Part shown: piece after piece, positions 10,588 through 20,340 of the stretch
Layout: each line of letters opens with the position of its first letter
How positions within the stretch are numbered: position 1 is the first letter of the stretch
DNA from: a virus
UHGV virus genome: UHGV-0168042
Direction: 5' to 3' (one strand)
Length of the DNA: 64,000 bases
Position numbers and translations under genes: made by a program
Notes under the pieces: model-generated
Told to the model about the DNA's origin: nothing
Database searches by the model: none
What the model saw: the letters and a program-made list of their open reading frames with translations, nothing else

Positions 10588-10654
10588 GCTGGTTCTTATC
10601 CTCTAAAGCGAGAGAACGAGGCAAGGCTGCCCACGGTTAATGGGCAGCCTCTGA

Positions 10655-10933
10655 TCAGGATTCGCTTACCGTGAAGTTATCGCCTACAGTTACTTCTTTC
10701 GTAGTTGGTTCAACACTGACGGTGCTTACGCTTTTATGTGCCTCCCTAACAGTGACTGTGCACTGTGCGGTTTTATTGCCGTCATTTGTTTTGATTGTCA
10801 GCACTGCCTGCCCGGCCTTAAGAGCGGTACATGTAGTGCCATCAACCTGGACAATATCAGGGTGATCTGACTCAACAGTGAAAGATTTGTCTGTTGCGTC
10901 AGGTGGCGTGATAGTTACTTGAATGTTTGCCAT
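10655..10933 (-). CDS. Small Ig-like (Big_2-type) domain protein, candidate decoration/accessory virion protein
   Basis: 92-aa translation has the alternating beta-strand pattern of bacterial Ig-like domains (VTITPPDAT...VQVDGTT...LKAGQAVLTIKT...CTVTV). Confidence 0.5.
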   Translation of the reverse strand: MANIQVTITPPDATDKSFTVESDHPDIVQVDGTTCTALKAGQAVLTIKTNDGNKTAQCTVTVREAHKSVSTVSVEPTTKEVTVGDNFTVSES

Positions 10934-11080
10934 TTTTTTCTCCTTAACGCCCCTTAATCAGGGGCGTGTTTTTGCCTTACTTCTGCTTTGTTTTTTTCTG
11001 TGCCTTTGAAGTGTTCGCGGCGATAGTTTCACCTTCATCTACGTCAAGTGACGTTGGTGATACCGACACGTTCGCCACCA

Positions 11081-12778
11081 TCACTTTTTTTCGTTAACCT
11101 TGCCTGTCAGCATGTCGATAGCACCTTCTTTGGCACGAGTCAGACGCAGGCGGGTGAAGTAGTTTTCACCGTTGCGAGGATGTACTTCGTTGATGGCACT
11201 GCCCCAGAGAGTGGTACGGTTAACGAGAGACGGATTGGTTTCGTGAACGTAAGGGATTGCTGGGACTGCATCACCAGCAATCAGACCGGCTTTACCGATG
11301 CCTTCGCCACGCCCATAGAAGAAGATGTCATCCAGCCCGAAGTCATATCCCTGTGCCAGGAATTGCTCACAGACAGGTTGCGGCACTTCGTAAATACGAA
11401 TCGTGCCAAACAGGGTGCCGATGTACTGTACATACGGCGACTGAACGTAACCTGGTGCGATCTGGAAGTGCTGTGGAGGCAGAGAGCGCAGGAAGTTCGC
11501 GGCGTCACTACCAGCAAAGCCGCCACGAATACCCGTTGTCAGGGTACGATTTGCCATTTCTTGAGACAGAGCGTTTACTGCGTGACGCAGGAGGCCGACC
11601 CAGGACTCATAGTTTTGAGCTTCCGGCAGAGCCACATCAAATTCACGACCATAAACGGTATGGAATACCAGGGTGCGCAGACGCATGATGTCGGTTTCAT
11701 GGGAGATCCAGTTACGCATCGCGGAGAACTGAAGTGCCGCTAATTCAAGGCCGTGCTCACGGCTTAAATCGGATGCGGACATTACCGTGTGTTCGGAAGC
11801 AAGTACGTACTGGGACGGACGAACTTCGTACTTACGCATAGCCTGGTTGATCACCGGAATCAGGCTTGGATTGCGCTCGATGTTAATTTCGACCTGAACA
11901 GCAATTTCAGTACCTACTGGCGGAGCCTGGGTAAATGTAATGTCAATGACACCAGTGTCATAGGCAACTTTGGCAGTCGCTGAGAAAGTATTACCTTTGC
12001 TGTCTTTAGCATTGAAATAAAGGTTGCCATCGCCGTCGTCAACTTTGGACGGTTTGCGGTTGATCAGCAGTTTGTTATAACCAGCGCGAAGCGGGCAGGA
12101 TTGTCCCTCAAATTTTTGGATGTTGAACTGGAAGGTTTTGGTGCTGCCATCCCCTTTAGTGGAAAGGGCATACAGGCGCTTCATTTGAGAATAAACACCA
12201 GCTGACTGCATATTCAGTTCGTCACCTTGGTTGAAGGTGCCGAATTTTGTGCCTGCTACGTTGACCAGTTCATAAATATTTGACTCGTCACGATCACAAG
12301 GAACAAAAGTACAGGCATCACTGGTAGCAGCGCCCAGAGAAGCAGGCAGAATTAGAGCAGCATATTGAGCAACTTTCATTACGCCGTCAGAGCTACGCAT
12401 TGATTGCGCGACAGACTCAAACATTGCCTTACCCGTGCCTTCATGGGTATCACTGGCACATTCAGTCATCAGGCGTTCAAGAGCCATGTGTGCGTTCGCC
12501 AGGATGTCACTTGCCGGGTAATGACCATGTTGACGTTTATACTCATGCAGAGACATAGCCCACCCACCAGTGATCTGACGAGCGACCTCTGGATTTACGC
12601 CTTCAAACATAGGCACTTTCTGGATTGCTTTATCCAGGTTTTCCATCATTACTGCCTGGTCAGCAATCATGTTGCCTGCTGCATCGGTGGTCGGATCGAC
12701 GGTCATAGCCATGACGCTTGCCGCCCGATTCATAATCTCGCGCTCGCGATCACGAGCTGGCTGAATGTTTTTATTCAC
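11081..12778 (-). CDS. Large virion protein (565 aa); candidate major head or portal-class protein
   Basis: Long ORF at the head of the minus-strand structural operon; preceded by an operator-like motif region at 12877-12926. Confidence 0.5.
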   Translation of the reverse strand: MNKNIQPARDREREIMNRAASVMAMTVDPTTDAAGNMIADQAVMMENLDKAIQKVPMFEGVNPEVARQITGGWAMSLHEYKRQHGHYPASDILANAHMALERLMTECASDTHEGTGKAMFESVAQSMRSSDGVMKVAQYAALILPASLGAATSDACTFVPCDRDESNIYELVNVAGTKFGTFNQGDELNMQSAGVYSQMKRLYALSTKGDGSTKTFQFNIQKFEGQSCPLRAGYNKLLINRKPSKVDDGDGNLYFNAKDSKGNTFSATAKVAYDTGVIDITFTQAPPVGTEIAVQVEINIERNPSLIPVINQAMRKYEVRPSQYVLASEHTVMSASDLSREHGLELAALQFSAMRNWISHETDIMRLRTLVFHTVYGREFDVALPEAQNYESWVGLLRHAVNALSQEMANRTLTTGIRGGFAGSDAANFLRSLPPQHFQIAPGYVQSPYVQYIGTLFGTIRIYEVPQPVCEQFLAQGYDFGLDDIFFYGRGEGIGKAGLIAGDAVPAIPYVHETNPSLVNRTTLWGSAINEVHPRNGENYFTRLRLTRAKEGAIDMLTGKVNEKK

Positions 12779-12912
12779 GGTTAAGCCCTAAATTCGGGCG
12801 CGGCGTGAAGGTTCTTTTGACGGGCTAACAATACCTACTTTGTGATTTAGTCAATAGGTTTAGTAAAATAAAATATATTAACACGCATGTTGTTATGTGA
12901 TTTAATTTTAGT

Positions 12913-12926
12913 TTTCTAACACAAAT
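12913..12926. promoter_or_regulatory. TTTTCTAACACAAA operator-like motif, 10 bp upstream of the 12937 start
   Basis: Member of the dispersed TGTTAGAAA / TTTCTAACA family (see findings). Confidence 0.4.
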
Positions 12927-12936
12927 CATTAGAGTT

Positions 12937-13329
12937 ATGGCGTATCGAATCTTTGTTTCGTATAAAAATGGCGCTAAGAGCCACTCTCTGAACACAACAA
13001 GTCGCTTTCTTGTTGAGGCGCAGTTGGCATCAATTCTTGCCGAAAGTGAGATACTCTCGCTCGCTGAACGGATCGTTATCCAGTTTTCTGGTAGAGATAT
13101 ACTCAATGTCCCCGCTCTCACCCCGGCCTCCGAAGTTATGGAATCAATTAAATGGCCTGTATGCGGATGTCCTGCCAGGGTTGAAGAACCGGTAACTGCA
13201 ACGCTCTACATGCCGAAAGCTGTAAGAGATTGGCTTGCTATGGTTGGCAATGGGAAAGTCAGTGCTGGACTTCGCAAGTTAATTGAAATGGCAGATATTC
13301 CTGAGTTAAAAAATGCATGGCGACAATGA
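12937..13329 (+). CDS. Hypothetical protein (130 aa)
   Basis: Complete ORF with ATG start directly after the operator-like motif. Confidence 0.5.
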   Translation: MAYRIFVSYKNGAKSHSLNTTSRFLVEAQLASILAESEILSLAERIVIQFSGRDILNVPALTPASEVMESIKWPVCGCPARVEEPVTATLYMPKAVRDWLAMVGNGKVSAGLRKLIEMADIPELKNAWRQ

Positions 13330-13345
13330 GTAAACAAGGGACAAA

Positions 13346-13804
13346 ATGAGTCACGTTAACCCATCAAAAACACAATATCGCTTAATGCTGGCGATCGCGT
13401 CAGCTATACCAACCAGCCTGAATCCCCCGGCAGGCTATCCCACTGTTGTTGATGATTGTTTTCAGTATTACGGAGAAGACATCCTGAGCCAGTCAAAAGC
13501 GCTCAAGCAGTTATGTAAGGCAGGTATTCTTCACTGTATCGGAGATCCGGACGATTTTGTTGTTATGCTGGCGGATCGTGACTCTTTTCTACTGTCCTGG
13601 AAAGCTGGTGCGCGCGAAGCACGTTTGGGGAATGGTATTGGTTACATAGACTATAGCGATTGTCCGCTGGCATTTGCTGGTGGATATATGCATTGGCATG
13701 AGCGAAATAGGGGCCGTCAGCGTCAGTATCGTTTGAGTGACTTTAACGTCTGTCACGGTTTCGAAGAAGCTGACAGCCAGGACATCTGGCTTCAGGAGCC
13801 TTGA
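13346..13804 (+). CDS. Hypothetical protein (152 aa)
   Basis: Complete ORF, co-oriented and 16 bp downstream of 12937-13329. Confidence 0.5.
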   Translation: MSHVNPSKTQYRLMLAIASAIPTSLNPPAGYPTVVDDCFQYYGEDILSQSKALKQLCKAGILHCIGDPDDFVVMLADRDSFLLSWKAGAREARLGNGIGYIDYSDCPLAFAGGYMHWHERNRGRQRQYRLSDFNVCHGFEEADSQDIWLQEP

Positions 13805-14124
13805 TCCCCCTTCCCTTCCCAAATCTCCCTGTTTCTTTGGTTATTCAGTGCGTTTCGTTGGTTGCATTCGTCGATCGTGCTGAATAACTGTTCAGCGTAT
13901 GTCGGATACTTGTTTAACAGCACTGGCGTGTCTTCTGGCACTAAACAAGGGGAGTAATCAATCAGATTTGCCTGCGGCCTGCTGGTGGCTTCTACGGTAA
14001 TTTTCACTGGCACGCTGGTTGATGGCTTTTGCCCGTTCCCGCTGCATCCTGATAACGTCATCAGGCACACGCACATCGTTAATCCCAGCACGGCGTAACG
14101 CATTTTCAAGGCGAGTGATTTCAT
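13792..14124 (-). CDS. Rz1-like outer-membrane lipoprotein spanin (o-spanin), overlapping the 3' end of the i-spanin in another frame
   Basis: Lipobox LSGC after a signal peptide, Pro-rich mature part, C-terminal Cys; the 167-bp out-of-frame overlap is the classic overlapped spanin architecture. Confidence 0.5.
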   Translation of the reverse strand: MKSLALKMRYAVLGLTMCVCLMTLSGCSGNGQKPSTSVPVKITVEATSRPQANLIDYSPCLVPEDTPVLLNKYPTYAEQLFSTIDECNQRNALNNQRNREIWEGKGDQGS

Positions 14125-14431
14125 TCTGGCTTTCCTCCCGTTGTTTGATTAGGTTGGCATTCAGTTCTGCTGTTTTGCGCTGGTACTCCTTTTCCAGTGC
14201 TTTAATTCTTTCGTTTTCGGTCAGCATGGCTGAGCGAGCGTTCTCACTTAACTGTAATGCGGTAGAAAGCGTGTTGTTCGTGCTTTCCAGTTGTGATTTT
14301 GAGTCTTCAAGCGATCGGACATACCTGATGTGTTCGATAACTGCCGTCGTTGTTCGGTAAATTCCAGAAATGGCTAAAAGCGCAATTACAATCAAAATTA
14401 TCTTTTTCAAAACCATCCTCTTCAGGTTCAT
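13958..14431 (-). CDS. Rz-like inner-membrane spanin (i-spanin)
   Basis: N-terminal TM segment (KKIILIVIALLAISGIY) followed by a long periplasmic coiled coil. Confidence 0.55.
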   Translation of the reverse strand: MNLKRMVLKKIILIVIALLAISGIYRTTTAVIEHIRYVRSLEDSKSQLESTNNTLSTALQLSENARSAMLTENERIKALEKEYQRKTAELNANLIKQREESQNEITRLENALRRAGINDVRVPDDVIRMQRERAKAINQRASENYRRSHQQAAGKSD

Positions 14432-14486
14432 TTTTGGTGTTAAACATGTGCCAATTCACATCCTTTTGTGTTCCTAAGTGGTGTTG

Positions 14487-15290
14487 CTATGGTTCCTTTT
14501 TGGTGTCCTTTTGGAGCGCATCGATAACGCCTTGTGGCATGATTAAACTGATTGCCGGACTCATTACTGCATCATCCAGTAGAGAACTAGTTAACGTGAT
14601 GGCGACAGCGTTCTCTAAACCTTTGGTTGCCTGAGTGGTTGACGTTTTAATGCGACCTGTAAGGGCTACGACACTCTCACTTGCTGAGTTAATTTCGGAG
14701 AGTAAAACTTCGGCGGCTGTCACTGCTTCCCGTAAAGCATCAATTTCATCCTGAGTAATGACTGGAGCCTGAGCGCCCCCAGCACCACCCTGTCCACCAT
14801 TGCTATTACCACCAGCGCTTCCAGCAGCTTCTATTTTTGCGTTAATGGCGTTCATGGCGGTTTTCAGAGCATCAAGTTTTAGCGCCGTCAATGCGTCCGT
14901 TAGAGATTGCGGAATGGAAACATTCCCCATTCCCTCAACAAGGGCGAAAGCAGGTATGGGGGTCAGCTCGTTACCTTTTGCGTAGCATTCCCAGCCAATC
15001 TTCATCTGTAACAGCTCTGATGGCTTGGTGTATGGGGAAAGAGAATCAGCCAGTAATGAAGACGCTTTGCTGGCCTCATTGAGCTGTTCAGAAAAGCCAA
15101 GCAATTGAGTAGTCCAGGCCGAAACAGAATCAGGATAGGTTTTATCGGCGAGAACTATTCCCTGTATGGCGCTGGCGAGTGATGAGGCTTTTACAGACGC
15201 TGCCCGGCTTATGGTTATAGATTCTGGTGTAGAGATACCGGCATCTGACAGAATTTTGAAGGCTTTAACTTCACCTATTGAATCAAGCAT
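14487..15290 (-). CDS. Hypothetical baseplate-associated protein (about 267 aa from internal ATG at 15290)
   Basis: Track ORF 14487-15389; start refined to MLDSIGEV..., where TAATG overlaps the stop of the upstream PAAR gene; Gly/Ala/Ser-rich central region. Confidence 0.45.
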   Translation of the reverse strand: MLDSIGEVKAFKILSDAGISTPESITISRAASVKASSLASAIQGIVLADKTYPDSVSAWTTQLLGFSEQLNEASKASSLLADSLSPYTKPSELLQMKIGWECYAKGNELTPIPAFALVEGMGNVSIPQSLTDALTALKLDALKTAMNAINAKIEAAGSAGGNSNGGQGGAGGAQAPVITQDEIDALREAVTAAEVLLSEINSASESVVALTGRIKTSTTQATKGLENAVAITLTSSLLDDAVMSPAISLIMPQGVIDALQKDTKKEP

Positions 15291-15574
15291 TATGCAACCT
15301 GAAAAATATCCTCGCCGTTGGCGATAACAGAACCACAAGAAAGCGGATCGCCTACACAGACAACTCCCTTTCCACCTATCGAAAACCATACTCGCGTCGA
15401 TACAGCTGCCCCTGGATGTGCACTGTTACCGTCAGTGTGACTGGGAAACATGGCACCATCTACAACAATTGGCTTACCGTTAACGGTGAACCAGGGAACA
15501 GTTTCAGCTACCAGTCGCGGCGGAAATCCTCCGTGACCAGAACAAAGGGTGTCGCTGGTGGCTATTGCGCTCAT
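15290..15574 (-). CDS. PAAR-like spike-tip protein
   Basis: 94 aa with Cys/His-rich PAAR-type motifs (LCSGHGG, SHTDGNSAHPGAAV, CVGDPLSCGSV). Confidence 0.55.
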   Translation of the reverse strand: MSAIATSDTLCSGHGGFPPRLVAETVPWFTVNGKPIVVDGAMFPSHTDGNSAHPGAAVSTRVWFSIGGKGVVCVGDPLSCGSVIANGEDIFQVA

Positions 15575-15639
15575 TCTTCACCTCCGGGTTATCCTCCTAT
15601 TGTCATCACTTTGTTATTTCATCATTCAAACTGAGAGTT

Positions 15640-15815
15640 AAATTTCGGAATATTTCTGTATTCTCACTTCATTCTCAAATAAATCTCACTGTCAGACCAT
15701 AATTCATTGGGTGATTAAGATATTCTCAAAATGAACTCAATAATCACTCTTTTTTTATCTCTTTTGGTGTGGATTTTTGGGTGCTTCTCTTTTAAAATTG
15801 CATTTTGATTCTCAA
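15640..15815. repeat. Short direct repeats (ATTCTCA-type, 4-7 copies) upstream of parM; candidate parC-like centromere/operator
   Basis: tattctcacttc, cattctcaaat, atattctcaaaat, gattctcaaatg within 170 bp. Confidence 0.3.
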
Positions 15816-15841
15816 ATGTGTCTCAGAAGTGGAGCAAGAAG

Positions 15842-16798
15842 ATGCGCATTTTTATCGATGATGGTTCAACCAATATCAAAATGCTGTGGGAGCACGACGG
15901 GGAAACTCGCACTCACATCAGCCCTAACAGCTTTAAGCGCGGATGGTCAGCAACATTTGGTGCGGGCAAGCCGTTTAACTATGTCATTGACGACGAAAAG
16001 TATTCGTATGATTTGATCTCGCCAGATGTTCTGCCGACGAATAACGTGGAATGGCAATACAGCCCGCTTAACGTCCTGGCTGTTCACCATGCCCTGCTGA
16101 CAAGTGGCATTGAGCCGCAGGAAGTAGAAATTGTGGTCACGCTGCCTCTGGCGGAGTTTTACGACGACGACGCGCAATACAATCTCGATAACATCGAGCG
16201 CAAGAAAGCCAGTCTTATGCGCCCCGTCACGCTGAATAAAGGCAATGTGTTCACGATTAAGAAAGTTACGGTACGACCGGAGTCTATTCCGGCAGGAATT
16301 GGCCTGTGCGACAATCTGAACCCTGCCCATTCTGTTCTTATCGTCGATTTGGGTGGAACTACCCTTGATGTTTCAATGGTCGCCGGGCAAATGACGGCAG
16401 TTTCCCGTGTTTTTGGCGATTCGAATCTTGGTGTATCACTGGTCACCAGGGAAGTAAGGCAAGCACTTGCAAGGGCCAATACCGAAACGTCAAATTACAA
16501 TGTCGATCAGCTCATTATTAACCGCCACGATGAAGATTATCTGAACGACAATATCAATGACCCATCAGCGATTGGTGATGTGAAAAAGGCCATTGCCGCA
16601 AGCATTGACCGTCTGCGTACCCGCGTTCTTGATGTGATTGGCGACTTTAAAGGATATACGCATGTCATGGTGATCGGTGGTGGCGCACCGCTGGTGGCAG
16701 ATGCAATTCGCGAGCAAGTTAATATTCGTGATGACCGTTTCTTCGTGGCGGATGACCCGCAACTTGCTCTTGTTCATGGCCTGAAAGCAATCGGTTAA
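15842..16798 (+). CDS. parM: ParM/StbA actin-like partition ATPase (type II partition)
   Basis: MRIFIDDGSTNIKMLW... N-terminus and overall similarity to R1 ParM (family-level recall); track ORF begins at GTG 15818, ATG with GGAG RBS at 15842. Confidence 0.85.
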   Translation: MRIFIDDGSTNIKMLWEHDGETRTHISPNSFKRGWSATFGAGKPFNYVIDDEKYSYDLISPDVLPTNNVEWQYSPLNVLAVHHALLTSGIEPQEVEIVVTLPLAEFYDDDAQYNLDNIERKKASLMRPVTLNKGNVFTIKKVTVRPESIPAGIGLCDNLNPAHSVLIVDLGGTTLDVSMVAGQMTAVSRVFGDSNLGVSLVTREVRQALARANTETSNYNVDQLIINRHDEDYLNDNINDPSAIGDVKKAIAASIDRLRTRVLDVIGDFKGYTHVMVIGGGAPLVADAIREQVNIRDDRFFVADDPQLALVHGLKAIG

Positions 16799-16805
16799 CG
16801 AGGTA

Positions 16806-17150
16806 ATGTCCATGTCTCAGGAACGTAAGAAAGTGATGATTTATCTTCGCCCAGAGGCTTATGCCAATGAAAAGGCGGCGAGCGAGAAGATAAAAAAACA
16901 TAGCGATATGGCAAGAACCGCATTGTTGGCAGGGCTTGCGCTGGGAGAAGTCGATAGCAGGCTTCCAGGATTACTGGCTTCCCTGCTGACCGAAGATAAT
17001 AATCCGGAGCTGATCCGAAAAATGCTGGCATCCTTCCTGGAACTACCAGCTGCGGTTGAGGAGCGCCCTGCCTCCATTGAGCCAGTGAAGGAGCAAGTTG
17101 TTGCCAAAAGCGCGTCGGCGCGCAATCTGGCTGACTCTCTACCTGATTGA
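16806..17150 (+). CDS. parR: ParR/StbB-like partition adaptor
   Basis: Small protein directly downstream of parM with RHH-like N-terminus and ALLAGLALGE motif. Confidence 0.6.
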   Translation: MSMSQERKKVMIYLRPEAYANEKAASEKIKKHSDMARTALLAGLALGEVDSRLPGLLASLLTEDNNPELIRKMLASFLELPAAVEERPASIEPVKEQVVAKSASARNLADSLPD

Positions 17151-17168
17151 CAGAAGATGTGCTGGTTT

Positions 17169-17194
17169 AAGGCTGCAAATTGCAGCCTTTTTTA
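17169..17194 (+). terminator. Rho-independent terminator after parR
   Basis: aaggctgcaaattgcagcctt hairpin followed by a T run. Confidence 0.6.
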
Positions 17195-17437
17195 TGCCTT
17201 AATGGTGCCTAATTGGTGTTAATCTGGCACCGGTTAGGTGCTGTTATGGTGCAGTTTTGTATCTGGTTCCAATTTAGGGCTGATTTCGTGTTAAACAGGA
17301 TGCAACAGAGGGCAAATTTAGAATGATTAGTGTTATACTTTTGCAAAGCATAATGACTCCACTATAGAGCCAAAACCGCATCAATAAGACTTCTGTTTGG
17401 AGCCAGTTTGATACCAAAATAACACCGAGGAACGGAT

Positions 17438-18079
17438 ATGATTATATTGGTAGTCAGCCAAAAAGGTGGCTGTGGAAAATCAACCACAAGCGTAAACATC
17501 TGTGCGGAGCTTGCCCGCGCAAATAAGGATGTAGTGTTACTAGATGCAGACAAGCAAGGAACAGCTGCCCGCTGGGCAGCTGACCGTAACACGGCAGAGG
17601 TTTCTCCTGTAATTCATTGTGTCCAGAAGTTTGGTAATATTCGAGAAACACTTCTCGATCTGGATAAGCGTTATGAATTTGTAGTTGTTGATACAGCCGG
17701 GCGCGATAGCAAAGAGATGCGTACAGGCATAACCGCTGCAGATATTGTGTTGGTCCCATTCAGACCATCTCAACCAGATTTAGACACGCTGGCACACTTT
17801 GTTGAAGTGTTTGAAGAGGCTTTGGACCTGATGCCTAATCCTAGCATTAAGGCGTTCGCAGTCTTAACAATGGCCCCATCCAATCCGGTTGTGAATGAAA
17901 CCAATGAGGCCAAAGAGTACCTGGCTGAATATCCGCAACTGAAGTTGCTGAAAACCATCATTCGTGATCGTAAGGTTTACCGCGATTGCATGGCTGAAGG
18001 GAAGGGCGTTGTTGAGATGGACAACGGGAAAGCTAAAGGTGAAATCCAGATGTTGGTTAAGGAGTTATTAAGTGATTAA
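17438..18079 (+). CDS. Small ParA/ParF-family partition ATPase (type Ib)
   Basis: Deviant Walker A KGGCGKST, Walker B-like VVVDTAG; 213 aa lacking the N-terminal HTH of large ParA proteins. Confidence 0.8.
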   Translation: MIILVVSQKGGCGKSTTSVNICAELARANKDVVLLDADKQGTAARWAADRNTAEVSPVIHCVQKFGNIRETLLDLDKRYEFVVVDTAGRDSKEMRTGITAADIVLVPFRPSQPDLDTLAHFVEVFEEALDLMPNPSIKAFAVLTMAPSNPVVNETNEAKEYLAEYPQLKLLKTIIRDRKVYRDCMAEGKGVVEMDNGKAKGEIQMLVKELLSD

Positions 18080-18359
18080 ACCTCGTAAATCGGTAAAAGC
18101 CCCCGAAGTAAAAGACCCCGATCTTGAACGCCGAATTGAGGATTTTGCAAGTAAGGCTGATTTGGTGCCGGGTGAGCAACCAGAAGACAACAAAGTGCTC
18201 GATAAGGACGCCCCACGTGATTTTAAATCTATTCGTGTTGGTTTCAATGAATACGAGTACCAGGTACTTGATGCGTTAAGTAAAAAGCATAATCGCAGCA
18301 AATTGAATATGATCCGCCATGCTATCCTCATGTTAGCGGAGTCTGAGGAAGCAAAATAA
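18072..18359 (+). CDS. ParG-like small partition/DNA-binding partner
   Basis: 95-aa basic protein overlapping the ParA stop; RHH-like C-terminus (KLNMIRHAILMLAE); GGTGCA-containing inverted repeats flank the pair (17211-17250, 18406-18436). Confidence 0.5.
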   Translation: MIKPRKSVKAPEVKDPDLERRIEDFASKADLVPGEQPEDNKVLDKDAPRDFKSIRVGFNEYEYQVLDALSKKHNRSKLNMIRHAILMLAESEEAK

Positions 18360-18627
18360 AGTCTTTCAGGGTGGTTTTAGAACTTAAAAAATCTTGAACC
18401 AAAGATGCACCAATACACCACTAATTTGGTGCACCTTTACATCCTTTTTGGTCCCAATTGTGTACCATTTGTCATTAATTTACTTATGCGCAAAAGTGGG
18501 CTTCATGAAAAAGCTCATTATTGAAATAACGATAGAAAGCAATTTCTAATCAACTAGTGGTTGTCAGCCTATTCGGCTTATAAGATCATACGCTGTTATA
18601 CGTTTTTTACGCTTTGAGGAATCCACA

Positions 18628-20289
18628 ATGAGTGAGGCAGAAGCCCGCCCGACTAACTTTATTCGTCAGATCATCGATGAAGATCTGGCCAGTGGTAAGC
18701 ACACCACAGTACACACCCGTTTCCCGCCGGAGCCGAATGGCTATCTGCATATTGGTCATGCGAAATCTATCTGCCTGAACTTCGGGATCGCCCAGGACTA
18801 TAAAGGCCAGTGCAACCTGCGTTTCGACGACACTAACCCGGTAAAAGAAGATATCGAGTACGTCGAGTCGATTAAAAACGACGTTGAATGGTTAGGTTTT
18901 CACTGGTCTGGTAACGTCCGTTACTCCTCCGATTATTTTGATCAGCTCCACGCCTATGCTGTTGAACTGATCAACAAAGGCCTGGCGTATGTTGACGAAC
19001 TGACGCCGGAACAGATCCGCGAATACCGCGGCACCCTGACGCAGCCGGGTAAAAACAGCCCGTACCGCGATCGCAGCGTTGAAGAGAACCTGGCGCTGTT
19101 CGAAAAAATGCGTGCCGGTGGTTTTGAAGAAGGTAAAGCCTGCCTGCGTGCGAAAATCGACATGGCGTCGCCGTTTATCGTGATGCGCGATCCGGTGCTG
19201 TACCGCATTAAGTTTGCTGAACACCACCAGACTGGCAACAAGTGGTGCATCTACCCGATGTACGACTTCACCCACTGCATCAGCGATGCGCTGGAAGGTA
19301 TTACGCACTCTCTGTGTACGCTTGAGTTCCAGGACAACCGTCGCCTGTACGACTGGGTGCTGGACAACATCACCATTCCTGTTCACCCGCGCCAGTACGA
19401 ATTCTCGCGCCTGAATCTGGAATACACTGTGATGTCCAAGCGTAAGCTGAACCTGCTGGTGACCGACAAGCACGTTGAAGGCTGGGATGACCCGCGTATG
19501 CCGACCATTTCCGGTCTGCGTCGTCGTGGTTACACTGCGGCTTCTATTCGTGAGTTCTGCAAACGCATCGGCGTGACCAAGCAGGACAACACCATTGAAA
19601 TGGCGTCGCTGGAATCCTGCATCCGTGAAGATCTCAACGAAAACGCCCCGCGCGCAATGGCGGTTATCGATCCGGTGAAACTGGTCATCGAAAACTATCA
19701 GGGCGAAGGCGAAATGGTCACCATGCCGAACCATCCAAACAAACCGGAAATGGGTAGCCGTCAGGTGCCGTTTAGCGGTGAGATTTGGATCGACCGCGCC
19801 GATTTCCGAGAAGAAGCTAACAAGCAGTACAAACGTCTGGTGCTGGGTAAAGAAGTGCGTCTGCGTAATGCTTACGTCATTAAGGCTGAACGCGTGGAGA
19901 AAGATGCCGAAGGTAATATCACCACCATCTTCTGTACTTATGACGCCGACACCTTAAGCAAAGATCCGGCAGATGGTCGTAAAGTGAAAGGCGTTATTCA
20001 CTGGGTGAGCGCGGCACATGCGCTGCCGGTTGAAATCCGCCTGTACGATCGTCTGTTCAACGTGCCGAACCCAGGTGCTGCGGATGATTTCCTGTCGGTG
20101 ATTAACCCGGAATCGCTGGTGATCAAACAAGGCTTTGCTGAACCGTCGCTGAAAGAAGCGGTAGCGGGTAAAGCATTCCAGTTTGAGCGTGAAGGTTATT
20201 TCTGCCTCGACAGCCGCCATTCTACGGCGGAAAAACCGGTATTTAACCGCACCGTTGGACTGCGTGATACCTGGGCGAAGTTAGGTTAA
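18628..20289 (+). CDS. glnS: Glutaminyl-tRNA synthetase (class I, HIGH/KMSK)
   Basis: 553-aa translation matches E. coli GlnRS along its length from recall ([24 protein letters not shown]..., HIGH at [17 protein letters not shown] motif); only the last residues appear to differ. Confidence 0.95.
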   Translation: MSEAEARPTNFIRQIIDEDLASGKHTTVHTRFPPEPNGYLHIGHAKSICLNFGIAQDYKGQCNLRFDDTNPVKEDIEYVESIKNDVEWLGFHWSGNVRYSSDYFDQLHAYAVELINKGLAYVDELTPEQIREYRGTLTQPGKNSPYRDRSVEENLALFEKMRAGGFEEGKACLRAKIDMASPFIVMRDPVLYRIKFAEHHQTGNKWCIYPMYDFTHCISDALEGITHSLCTLEFQDNRRLYDWVLDNITIPVHPRQYEFSRLNLEYTVMSKRKLNLLVTDKHVEGWDDPRMPTISGLRRRGYTAASIREFCKRIGVTKQDNTIEMASLESCIREDLNENAPRAMAVIDPVKLVIENYQGEGEMVTMPNHPNKPEMGSRQVPFSGEIWIDRADFREEANKQYKRLVLGKEVRLRNAYVIKAERVEKDAEGNITTIFCTYDADTLSKDPADGRKVKGVIHWVSAAHALPVEIRLYDRLFNVPNPGAADDFLSVINPESLVIKQGFAEPSLKEAVAGKAFQFEREGYFCLDSRHSTAEKPVFNRTVGLRDTWAKLG

Positions 20290-20314
20290 TAGGTATTTCG
20301 CCACATGAAAAAGT

Positions 20315-20340
20315 AAACGCCGCTACTGCGGCGTTTTTTA
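20315..20340 (+). terminator. Rho-independent terminator after glnS
   Basis: aaacgccgctactgcggcgtttttt. Confidence 0.7.

Noticed and set aside
8929-12778. Specific assignment of the 552-aa and 565-aa proteins as sheath and major capsid
   Set aside because: Size and gene order fit, but I see no diagnostic motifs; kept as candidates only.
18892-20220. Minus-strand ORFs of 280, 98 and 88 aa overlapping glnS
   Set aside because: Antisense shadow ORFs inside a highly conserved housekeeping gene; low-complexity R/H/V-rich translations.
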